The notes under the pieces are model-generated. The model did no database searches. It worked only from the letters and a program-made list of their open reading frames with translations, and was not told where the DNA came from. The position numbers were made by a program, and so were the translations under genes. A DNA stretch of 62,090 bases, counting the filler, from Choristocarpus tenellus KU-1152 (taxonomy: Eukaryota > Protista > Phaeophyceae): assembly GCA_964200185.2 (NCBI GenBank). It is 12 parts of 12 records of this genome, joined end to end, with 100 filler letters (N's around TTAATTAATTAA, not from the genome) between each part and the next. Parts side by side here need not be neighbours in the genome. Positions count along the whole stretch, not along the records: positions 49,806 to 59,137 come from CAXNAD020003770.1; positions 59,238 to 62,090 come from CAXNAD020024187.1; 10 more parts are not named here. The stretch is one strand, 5' to 3'. Numbering within the stretch: the first letter of the stretch is position 1; the number at the start of each line of letters is the position of its first letter. Of this stretch, positions 52,090 through 62,090 are shown one piece after another.

Positions 52090-52890
52090 ATTGTACCAAG
52101 CAGCTGTCAGCAGCAGTAACACCAACATTTTCAAATTCGATGCCCTGTACTTATTACCTTTACAACCGTGTACACACCAGCTGTCAATAGTGGTGTCACC
52201 AACTTTTTCACATTCGATGTGCCCTGTATTTGTTACCTCTACAACCATGTACACACCAGCTGTCAATGGTGATGTCACCAACGTTTTTTTATTCGATGCC
52301 CTGTATTTGTTACCTCTACAACAGTGTACACACCGGCTGTAAATGTTGGTGTCACCAACCTTTTCACATTCGATGCCCCGTATTTATTACCTTCACAACC
52401 GTGTATACACCAGCTGTAAATGTTAGTGTCACCAACGTTTTTACATTCGATGCCCTGCATTTATTACCTCTACAACCGTTTACACACCAGCAACATTTTT
52501 ACATTCGATGCCCTGCATTTGTTACCTTTACTACCGTGTACATACCAGCTGTCAATGGTGGTGTCACCAACGTTTTCACATTCGATGCCCTGTATTTGTT
52601 ACCTTTACAACCGTGTACACACCAGCTGTCAATGGTGGTGTCACGAACATTACATGTATTCACATTCGATGCCCCGTATTTATTATCTTTACAACCGTGT
52701 ACACACCAGCTGTCAATGATGGTGTCATCAACATTTTCAAATTCGATGCCCTGTATTTGTTATCTTTACAACAGTGTGTACACACCAGCTGTCAATTGGT
52801 GGTGTCACCAACATTTTCAAATTCAATGCCCTGTGTTCATTACCTTTACAACCGTGTAAAAACCAGCTGTCAGTAGTTGTATCATCAAAA
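52090..52890. repeat. 77-bp tandem array, about 10 well-conserved copies
   Basis: Unit CACCAGCTGTCAATGGTGGTGTCACCAACATTTTCACATTCGATGCCCTGTATTTGTTACCTTTACAACCGTGTACA; anchors at 52177, 52256, 52333 and 52410. Confidence 0.95.
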
Positions 52891-53121
52891 TCATGACTGT
52901 CTCATCTATAATTTGTTTGATTGAAACCGTTCATAAACTGTCTTCTGCCACCCCAGTCACTGACAACATAAGCCCCGAAGTCAATACCCATGATACTAAC
53001 CCTAACTAACCTTGACCAAAATTAATTACCTACATTTCGAACACTAAACCCAATCCGCCAAGAGACAGATTTCACCTTACATTGAACATGTCGACCTAGT
53101 TGCAATTCAGTGGCTATATCA

Positions 53122-53379
53122 GAGTGAAAGTATCTTAGGGGTTATGAGTTTTACCCTGTTTGTCCACTTGGGACATGGCTTCCCTTGGGGTGTTTATGAC
53201 ATTTTCCTACTCCAAAATGTTTCAGAGTAGGTAAAATGTATACGTTATGAAAAGGTGTGTCCGAAACAAGGATATTTTCAAATACTAACCAACACGATAG
53301 CCAAAATTACATCAATATCGCAACAATGGATTTTGGACCCCAAATGAACGCGGCCCAACCCTCTGAGATACTTTGGCTC
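53122..53379. mobile_element. MITE family A, full copy
   Basis: 4-bp TSD ATCA. Confidence 0.92.
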
Positions 53380-53556
53380 ATCACCAAACCTTTTTCCGAA
53401 ATTGAAATATGGATTGCAGTTACATATGTTGAGAATAATCGCACAACTGATCCCAAATAGAAGTAAGATTCCACGATATAATGGCTCGAAGTATCTGGGG
53501 GGGGTGGTGGCTGTCCATTTGGGACCAATTTTTTCATGTCGCGATTTTTGAATAAA

Positions 53557-54030
53557 TCCTTTTCATCTTCATCTTTCACTTTCGCGGTTTGATGTAATGT
53601 TTTCCTGCTCAAGATTCTTCTTTCAAATCGACACACACACCTCCAATGGTCTTGCCGCGCTTTGGAAATTAATGGCCTTTACCGTTCAATAGAACAGATC
53701 AAATTCATTCACTACTGTCTGCCCTATATGTCAAGCACAAACATGTGCATGGCTGCCCTCCCGACATGTGACCTTGGTCGGCGTGTATATCCTTTTCATC
53801 TTCATTTTTCACTTTCGCGGTTCGATGTAGTGTTTTCCTGCTCAGGATTCTTGTTTCAAATCGACACACACACACCCCAACAGTCTTCCCGCGCTTTGGA
53901 AATTGATGGCCTTTACCGTTCAATAGAACACATCAAATCCATTCATTACTGTTTGCCCTATGTCAAGCACAAACCACTGCATGGTTGCCCTCCTGACAAG
54001 TGACCTTGGTCGGCGTGTAAATCCTTCTCG
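53557..54030. repeat. ~234-bp tandem duplication upstream of the cassette ORF
   Basis: TCCTTTTCATCTTCAT.TTTCACTTTCGCGGTT...GTGACCTTGGTCGGCGTGTA occurs twice; single copy in the paralogue at ~47530-48020. Confidence 0.85.
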
Positions 54031-54097
54031 TCTGCGTACGGTATTGGTGCGTTCTCATATTCAATATTCATCCCATGTCACCGGGGTTTACCATTCG

Positions 54098-54355
54098 GAG
54101 CCAAAGTATCTTAAAGGGTAGAGCCGCGTCCATTTGGGTTCAAAATCCAATGTTGCGATTATGATGTAATTTTTTCCCTTGTGTTTGTTAGGAAGTGTCA
54201 ATATCCATGTTCTGGACACATCTTTTCATTATGTATACAATTTACATACTCCGAAACATTTTGGAAAAGGAAAATGTTATTAAAAACCCCATGGGAAGCC
54301 AAGCCCCAAATGAACAAACAGGGCAAAACTCGTACCCTCTAAAATAATTTCACTC
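54098..54355. mobile_element. MITE family A, full copy
   Basis: 4-bp TSD TTCG, supported by the empty site at ~48080 (GGTTTACCATTCAACGCATG). Confidence 0.92.
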
Positions 54356-54642
54356 TTCGATACATGTTCGCAAATGGCAGCCTCCACGGAAAGCGCTACG
54401 CTGTCCTCATGACCGCAGCATCGCTACACCCTTTTCTTATCACGTTTGCACATTCCACGCATGGACATAAATCTCACACTCCCTACCGATCCCGTCATCA
54501 TTGATCACGTAGTCTATCACTGTTTATACAAAAACACCCATGCTGTGATCGCCATAATAATAGCGTCCACCCCTGCATCGATATCCTTCTCGTTTGCTGA
54601 TACTGTTGCTGTAAAATATTTCCCCCCTACCTTCACAGGCAG

Positions 54643-55962
54643 TTGGCCGGAGGCCCAAGGAATCCTGACGACGAAAAAACCACAGGGTTGATTACATCAC
54701 CTCTCAGCGCGACACGTACAATGGACCTGGCCACATCTTCCTTATTGTCCCAGAGGTACAACGCCAACCTCCTTGACAGGGATAGAGTAGAGTCCATGTT
54801 CTCGAAGCTGGGGTCGGACCCACAGGTCGCCGCCGATAGGCTCACGGGGATCCTGAGCGAACAGCCGTTCTCCCTGTGCTCGAGATGGAAAACCATCAGT
54901 AACTTCAAGGCCGACATGTGCAGGGTGAACGTACCCTCTGATGTGCCCGACAGCAAACTACTTGCACACACTACATCGCCAATGGTAACCTGGACGTAAA
55001 TGAGAATGGCAACGATAGGGATAAAGGTGACAACGATAACCTCTCATTTTTTCTGAATGGACAACACCGCATAATGCTACTGAGGGTAATCGAATGTGCG
55101 GTGAAGGAGGACAATATCCCATGTGGTATCAACGTCCCGGCCCATGTCACAACACGATAGGCTTCGGATATCGGAGCGAACCTCCAGATCGGCGATCACA
55201 GGAGTTTCATGTGGAAGATCTATCCACACTGCAGCCATGAAAAGGATGAATCCTTTTCGATAGGAGAGAGTGTGATGGCCAGTAGGTCGCACGTGCCCAA
55301 CATTCTCGACATATTCCATTGGACGGTGTCTTGGGTTGCCGCTATCCTGGAGTATAGGTGCGACTTCAGTTACGACAGGTCCCACCCCTACGTGCAGGAA
55401 ACGGAAGAGGACTCTGATCGTCGCACGCGCATGACGACATTGGTCACCAGGTGCAACCAATACTGCCTGGGAGACATAGACTTCCAGAGTGCCGACGCTG
55501 CGTTACAGATGGCTATTAAGAGGAGGGTTGCTGCCAAGATAAGGCATTCCTCAAAGAAGCGTGGGAGGACACACACATGGAAGCTGGGATGAGTAGACTC
55601 GGCGACCAAACCTCCGTCCAGTTCTACAATGCAATCGCCACCCTTGTGCATATATGCGTATATGCGCGGGAGAAGGTGATGTTTTCATGGCTCCTTCTCA
55701 GGAAACGATTCATGAAACGATTGTGAAGCATCGCCTACTTTTCGTCGCCCATATCCATATTGATTCCGCGTCGGTGATCCAACTAACCCGATCCCTTTCT
55801 TCCCCTCACTATGTTCCACCAGAGACAAGAGAACTGGAGGAGGTCCTTCTCGGTGTGTGGAGAGAGCACAAGAAGCCCGACGGCTCCAGTGTAAACACGG
55901 TGCAGCCATCCCCACATTTGTACATCGAATACTCCATCACTAACCGTCCAACAACACCGTAG
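54643..55962 (+). pseudogene. Cassette ORF of roughly 400 codons with an NGQHR (ParB/DGQHR-like) motif; frameshifted
   Basis: ORFs 54643-54999, 55209-55592 and 55654-55962 join after correcting slips in (AC)n/(AT)n runs and one TAG (55158). LSFFLNGQHRIMLL, with NGQHR at 55056-55070. Confidence 0.6.
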
Positions 55963-56045
55963 TAACCCCTGCCTTCGCGTACTGAGCTTGAATAGACGTT
56001 TTATACATGTGTATTGCTATCGGCCATATGACATACGCCATTAAC

Positions 56046-56290
56046 GAGTCAAAGTACCTTAGAGGGTAGAGCCGCGTCCATTTGGGGTCTAAATCCAATT
56101 TTGCTTTTTGCTATCATGTTTATTAGGAGATGGCAATATCCTTGTTCCGGACACACCTTTTCATAACGTATAAATTTTACCTACTCCGAAACATTTTGGA
56201 GTAGGTAAAATGTTACTAAAAATTCGTGGGAAGCCAAGTCCCAAATGGACAAACAGGGCAAAACTCGTACCCTCTAAGATACTTTCACTC
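56046..56290. mobile_element. MITE family A, full copy
   Basis: 3-bp TSD AAC. Confidence 0.92.
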
Positions 56291-57357
56291 AACCAACAGA
56301 CCCACTCCCACTCCCACTCCCATGTTCTTCTGTCCTGATAATGTGGCCTTATCCTCCGCACATCCAACTCGCACCTGACTAGGACAAATTCGACGTTAGA
56401 GCGTTTCACATGTTCACTGTGCTGTGGTATGCTAACCCAGACGCCACCATCGAATCCCTCAAGAACAACGGGGGGTTCACACACACCTATAGTTTGAAGG
56501 TGGGTTAAGCATTCCCAACTAAGTTGTCCCCACACGACGCCACACTTGACATAGGGCAGACAGTAATGAAGGAATTCGATGTGTTATATCGAACGGTAAA
56601 GGCCATCAGTTTCCAAATAACCCTAAGCCCATAGGGTTCTGCAGCGCTACGCGCATCCCCTGGTAACCCTTCTCTGAACGTTTCAATGTTAAACCTAAGT
56701 CCTTTACATTCTCAAAGCTCGTTCTTTACCAGTTTCCTAACGACACACCATCGCACATTTGATGTACATGTAGCTCACAGACGAGGTCAAGGAGCAGTAC
56801 TTCGCAAGAATGCGCATTGATGTCCTCGCTGGAGCCGGACTAGTCATCCTCAGAGGGTAGACCCCCCAAAACCATCGCTGGCACTACATTGTCAAAGTGG
56901 CTGCACACGTCTTCTCAGAGCAGGAAGCCAAAAAAATGCCTACTGACGCGCTCTCATTGACATATGTTGTTGGGACGGAGAAATTTCCAGATGAGTGGGT
57001 AAGTTAATATTTGACCGTGACGATTCAATCAACGTATGGATGTATATGCATATATTCCCCTGCTGACCCTGTAACAGCCGCAATGTTTACCGTCAAGTTC
57101 GTACCTCGCGAGGCAGACACCCATGTTATGCATGTGACTTACCATTCCACTACCCATGCGCTTCTCCATGACAGTTCTCCCACACTCTACGGGGCGTCCG
57201 GAACAAACGCCCCCCGGTCGACCAGGACAAAGGAAGAAGAAGAGGATCAGAGGAAAGGGGAAGAAGAACAGAACAGGAGACGGCGATCCAGACCCTGCGT
57301 CTGCCGCCCAGGCCGAGGACGAGTGGGCATTGCAGCCATGGAAGACACACTTGGCAT

Positions 57358-57585
57358 GAGTGAAAGTATCTTAGAGGGTATGAGTTTTTCCCTGTTTGTC
57401 TGTTTGGGGCTTGTCTTCCCAAGGTTTTTTAATGACATTTTTCCATTCCGAAATGTTTCGGAGTAGATAAAATGTACATTTTGGAGTAGGTATCATGCAT
57501 ATGTCTGGAACAAGGATATTGACACTTCCTAGTAAATACGATAGTCAAAATGGACGCGGCTCTACCCTCTAAGATACTTTGACTT
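57358..57585. mobile_element. MITE family A, internally deleted, inserted in an exon
   Basis: 4-bp TSD GCAT. Confidence 0.9.
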
Positions 57586-58699
57586 GCATACTTAAGAAGA
57601 ATGCACACAAAGAATGTCTTCATAAAGAGGACTGCCCTGGAGGTTGCCGTGCAGGTCATGAACGACCTCAAGAGGAAAGACGAGCTCGGGATCGACCCCT
57701 ATGCCGATGACTCCTCAGCAGGGTCTTCAGAAGAGGCTCATCCAAAGAAAAAATACATCCTGAGCGAAGAGGTACTCAATAGAGTGTGAGGGTTCATCAT
57801 CTCATCTGTCCACCGTATTTGAGTTCGTAGCAAGTCAACTCACAATAAACGCCCTGATCGCGCACATTAATGTAACCCCAAAAATTCCAAGGGTGAAAAG
57901 GGACCTCGTGTTGAGGGAGGATGCGGAGGAGGGTACAAAATACCTGGACATCGTCAAATACTCTGAGGGCGTTACCCTGAACACCAGTGGCGAACACGCA
58001 GGCAAGCAATAACATCATTGTACAACACCGCCATATGTTAACATCAAACGTTGTTCCCTACACCAAGCACACCGCCTAGACCCTCACAGATCTTACCGGC
58101 GTTGGACCGTTTCACACTGTACGTTGTCACAGGGTTCTCCGGTTTTATATGTTGCAAAGTTGCTTGTCGAACACAGATTGATTCATACTTTCGCTGTGTT
58201 GTACCGATCGACAGAACCCAGCAAAATAAGGGAAATTATGTCACGGGTCAAGTACTCTATAATCCTATACGCATCCTCTTAACCCTATGTTACAAGCCCT
58301 ACTTGTCTTTCTGGCCTATGGGCTCGAACAATCCGCCCAAGTTCGACGAGTCGCATGTACTCTAACCCATCCATCTTTTCCTCAGTCTCTGCCTCCTCTG
58401 TATCCTGCTTCGCTTACTCCGTTTCACCAACCTCTGACTCATCCCTTGCCTCCTAACGCTAACCCATCTTCCCGTCGTTTTGCCTCGTACTTTGCCTTGT
58501 CCTTTGCCTACTCGTCCACTATTACAGAGAAAACACTAGTCACAAGCATTGTGATCACTCCAGAGAAAAACGCCATGTCCGAGCACGACCTTGACAAGTT
58601 CAAATCCAAAACGAGCGCCACCCACGAGAGAGAAGCCACCCTTCTCCAGACCTGACCCCGAGGCATCGTAATCACATGCACCGCCCTCAGGCACAACCT

Positions 58700-58957
58700 G
58701 AGTGAAACTATCTTAGAGGGTATGAGTGTTGCCCCGTTTGTCCGTTTGGGCTTGGCTTCCCATGTTTTGTTTTTTTACATTTTCCTACTCCAATATATTT
58801 CGGGGTAGGTAAAATGTATACGTTATGCAAAGTTGTGTCCGGAACAAGGATATTGACCCTTACTAGCAAACACGATAGCCAAAATTACATCCAAATCGCA
58901 ACTTTGGATTTTGGCCCCCAAATGGACGCGGACCTACCCTCTTAGATACTTTAGCTC
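58700..58957. mobile_element. MITE family A, full copy, inserted in an exon
   Basis: 4-bp TSD ACCT. Confidence 0.92.
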
Positions 58958-59060
58958 ACCTCGATCCAGATCGTATCCAACTCCTCATGGACGAACTCTT
59001 CACCTTCCGCAATTTTGCACTGGTGAAGACATCGGTAGCTGGTGGTGTATCCATGCCTAT

Positions 59061-59137
59061 GAGTGAAAGTATCTTAGACGGTACGAGTTTTGCCGTTTTT
59101 GTCCATTTGGGGCTTGGCTTCCCACGGGTTTCTTGCG
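59061..59137. mobile_element. MITE family A, left end at contig edge
   Basis: GAGTGAAAGTATCTTAGACGGTACGAG... Confidence 0.85.
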
Positions 59138-59916
59138 NNNNNNNNNNNNNNNNNNNNNNNNNNNNNNNNNNNNNNNNNNNNTTAATTAATTAANNNNNNN
59201 NNNNNNNNNNNNNNNNNNNNNNNNNNNNNNNNNNNNNGGTTTGGTGCGGTGGGTGGGGGAGGGGGGGGGGGGGGGGGGGGGGGGGGTGGGGGGGGGAGGA
59301 TTGGATTGGAATGTTTGTTTTCTGGGGTTTTTTTAACCGTTCATCTTTTCGTTTTGTTTTGTTTTTTTTATTGTTTTTTTAAGGTAGGGACTCTCTTGAC
59401 AAAAATGAGCCTGAGATTCTTTTTTATTTTTTCATTAGGGAGAAGTTTTCTTTTTTGCAGGATTATGGGGGGTTTTTGGTTTAATTTTTCTTTTCATGAT
59501 GTATTGACGGTATGACGGTAAAATGAAATTTTGATGGTATGTGTATGTTGTACAATGGTAAAGGGAAATGTTGATGGTATGTGTATGTTATACAATGGTA
59601 AAAGGAAAAGTTGATGGCATGTGTATGATGGTATGACGTCATACGACTCCCTCCGCTGACAAGTTTTGAGTCCTTGGAACAAGATCGTTTTTCTGTATTG
59701 ATTTGTTGCCCATGCTGAAAAAATGCTACTTAATGTTGTAGAAGACTAAACCGTGTGTAGATTGTATTATCCAATCTCATCGCCATATGTTTCACCTTCT
59801 GATTTCTCATTGGTTAGCTTTAAAAAAAAAATGTGAATCTTTCTTGCACTAGTGGTAACTGCACTAATAAAATAATAAATGTAAGAAGATAAATCTCTCC
59901 CTCCTCTCCCTCCCCC

Positions 59917-59959
<43 letters not shown>

Positions 59960-60060
59960 TCTCTCTCTCTCTCTCGCTGTTTGTTAAACACTAACCCTAA
60001 CCCTAACCTTCCTGGTGTTTGTTTGCGTGTGGTTTTCTAAAGAGTTTGTTTGCGTTTGAG

Positions 60061-60180
60061 GCTGATGCGACCACGCTAGTGCCCGAAGCCCTGAACTTGA
60101 GCTTTGAGGATGAGTATGAGGAGCTAGAGGCGGATCTTCAAGAGTACTCAGAGGAGTTTCAAGAGTCCCCTGCTGCTCAG
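60061..60180 (+). CDS. Internal exon of an unidentified host gene (absent from the ORF track)
   Basis: TTTGAG acceptor, CAG|GTGCGT donor, 120 bp, phase 0: ADATTLVPEALNLSFEDEYEELEADLQEYSEEFQESPAAQ. Confidence 0.65.
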
Positions 60181-61183
60181 GTGCGTGTCTAGGGTTAGGG
60201 TTAGGGATATGTATACATATTGTACGTATATACACAGTATGTAGCTGTGTAGCTTTAGATACACAAAATATGTAACAATACAGTTACAAAACAAGATGGT
60301 GACATATTCACGCTATGTAACTGTCAAAAGGTCATGATTGAATCGCCCTTCGTCATGTGTCGATAGGTGAAACGCCTTCCTAGTTGTTTTTCTGTGAATT
60401 TTACTTACTACCTTGCTGCAAAAACCCCTACAGGGCTGTAGGTGTGTGTTGGGAGGGGGTGAGGAAAAAAGAGAGTTGGAGGGTTTGCTTGTGTGTTGTA
60501 AGTGTGTGTGTGTATGTGTGTAGTGGATAGTTTCTAGGGTTTTTTTTAATTGGGGGCATTTCAGGGTTCGGGATATTTTTTGTATTTATTAGTCGCTGGA
60601 TCGTATCATCGTTGGAAAAAAAAAAAGAAAACAAAAGATCGTGATTGTCTCAATTTTTCTATCGAAAATATTTTTGTGTTTTTTTAGTTGTAATTTTAGT
60701 TTAGTTTTTTTGAATTGGTTGGAAGTGTTTTTGGTTGATTGGGAAAGTTTTCCCTGACCCCCTTTGAGTAGTTTTGACGCTTCATTCCTCACAAAATATA
60801 TGTATGTGTATATATATATATATGTATGTATATGAAAAGTCCTGTGATGTGAGTTACTTCAATGTGTTTGTCTGTGTGGGAGTGCTTGCAGAATTCCCAG
60901 GCGTGTTGTTACATTATTTTATTGTGTGTAAGGAAGTTGGTGGTAGTGATGATGGCGATGATGATGTGTTGGGAAGAGCATAGTAGATTTTTAGCTGAAT
61001 GGTGATATCAGAACAGAATTCCCCATCTTATTTTGTTCGGGATCAATGGGGAATAATAAAAGAAACTGTTGTTGAGTTCATTTTTTTTTTTTTTTTGGGG
61101 GGGGGGGGGAGGAAGGGATATTACATTTTTTTTAATCTTTTCCTTCTGTATTTTTTTGTTTTTTGGGGGCTTTTCCAACGCAG

Positions 61184-61261
61184 GTGAAGGCGATGCAGAA
61201 GGTGGACAAGGGAGTCAAGAAGCCAAGGGGAAAACCCACCATGGGAGTGGGACTGGGGCTG
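61184..61261 (+). CDS. Next exon of the same unidentified gene
   Basis: CAG acceptor after a T-rich tract, GTGAGA donor, 78 bp, phase 0: VKAMQKVDKGVKKPRGKPTMGVGLGL. Confidence 0.6.
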
Positions 61262-62090
61262 GTGAGAACGAAATGTGCAAGTGAAAGAAATTTGTTTTAT
61301 TTTTGTGTTGATCTTTTTTTTATTGTGCTTTTTAGGGTTAGGGTTAGGGTGTTTGATTTAGTGGTCTTCGAGGAAGGATTGGTGCCATCACACCTAATGT
61401 TTGTACCATTGGAAGGAAGCCCTTTGTCTGACCTCTGTATTTGTGTGGGGTGTATGAATGTGTTTTGGTTATAAAGCTCTTCTTTTTTTTAACTTATATT
61501 TCTCTGGTCTTGGGCTATATCTGAAAGGACATATAGTGGTATGTATGCTCTGCTTGAAGCTGTATGTATATTATTTTATTTTTATTTTCTCTAGGTGTAA
61601 TTATTCGTGTGGTAAAAAAAAATGATTTTGACCTTTTTTTGGAGTTAGTGTAGGGTATATATACCCTGGTGCTGTCTTGATGTGGATTTTGGATTGTACC
61701 ATCTCCTCGATTACTCCTTTTGCTACTAAGTCCTCATATTATTTTTTTTGAAAATAAATTCTTTTTCTGTTTGGACTTATTTTTTATAGTTTTGTACAAG
61801 GTTTAGTGGGAAGAATTAATGATAAATTTTCTCTTTGAAATTAATCAAAAGGGATATGAGACCTTCCTATCTATATTTTTTTTAATGTGTTCAATGAATA
61901 TATCAAGAGATGAACCAATTTTTTTTTATCTATTACAGTGAATCTCACCCATGCCTTAGAGCAGTGTAATGTCGAAGCAGTCTTTTTTATAGTGTCTATG
62001 TGGGGGGAGGGGGGGGGGGGGTTAACCTCCCTACAAAATGAATTTTTAAAATAAATATTCCGGAATGTATTGGATCGGTTTGTTCTTGAT

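Larger units (their letters stand above)
56774..59060 (+). pseudogene. Multi-exon pseudogene of an unknown protein (exons 56774-56998, 57078-~58001, 58528-59060, possibly small ones between)
   Basis: Canonical TAG/CAG acceptors and a GTAAGT donor. Removing the MITEs at 57358 and 58700 with their 4-bp TSDs restores the frames (KTHLA-YLRRMHTK; RHNL-DPDRIQLLMDEL). In-frame TAG/TGA present. Confidence 0.65.

Noticed and set aside
52070-52876. Overlapping ORFs of up to 209 aa
   Set aside because: By-products of the 77-bp repeat cycling through frames.
54643-59060. Stop-codon reassignment suggested by in-frame TAG/TGA
   Set aside because: The same regions have frameshifts and MITE insertions, the stops fit CAG>TAG and CGA>TGA decay, and the intact CHD exons contain no in-frame stops.
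2976-59237. Recurrent TTAATTAATTAA palindrome
   Set aside because: Always centred in N-runs of the same length: an assembly linker, not biology. ORFs ending in XXX-LIN are artefacts of it.

Overview
Eukaryotic, repeat-rich DNA with GT-AG introns and TTAGGG-type telomeric hexamers; the organism cannot be identified from the sequence. The window is not contiguous: it is 12 contigs joined by 11 artificial 100-bp linkers (N-run + TTAATTAATTAA + N-run), so adjacency across linkers has no meaning. Host genes are three phase-compatible exons of a CHD6-9/Kismet-like chromatin remodeller (8762-12366, +) and two exons of an unidentified gene (60061-61261, +). The rest is mobile and decayed DNA: (1) about 30 full or partial copies of four MITE families with G-initiated TIRs (three share an AAAGTATCT core) that make either 3-bp or 4-bp target-site duplications; (2) decayed Copia, Gypsy-like, LINE, MULE-like, hAT-like and Tc1-like remnants; (3) three long tandem arrays with units of ~119 bp (x~33), ~150 bp (x~7) and 77 bp (x~10); (4) a multicopy, intron-containing, pseudogenised gene cassette (47170-49400 and 53390-59060) whose first ORF has an NGQHR motif resembling ParB/DGQHR domains. 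The best candidates for undescribed biology are the variable-TSD transposon system, the NGQHR cassette and the 119-bp array. All alignments and translations were done by eye; no database search was run.
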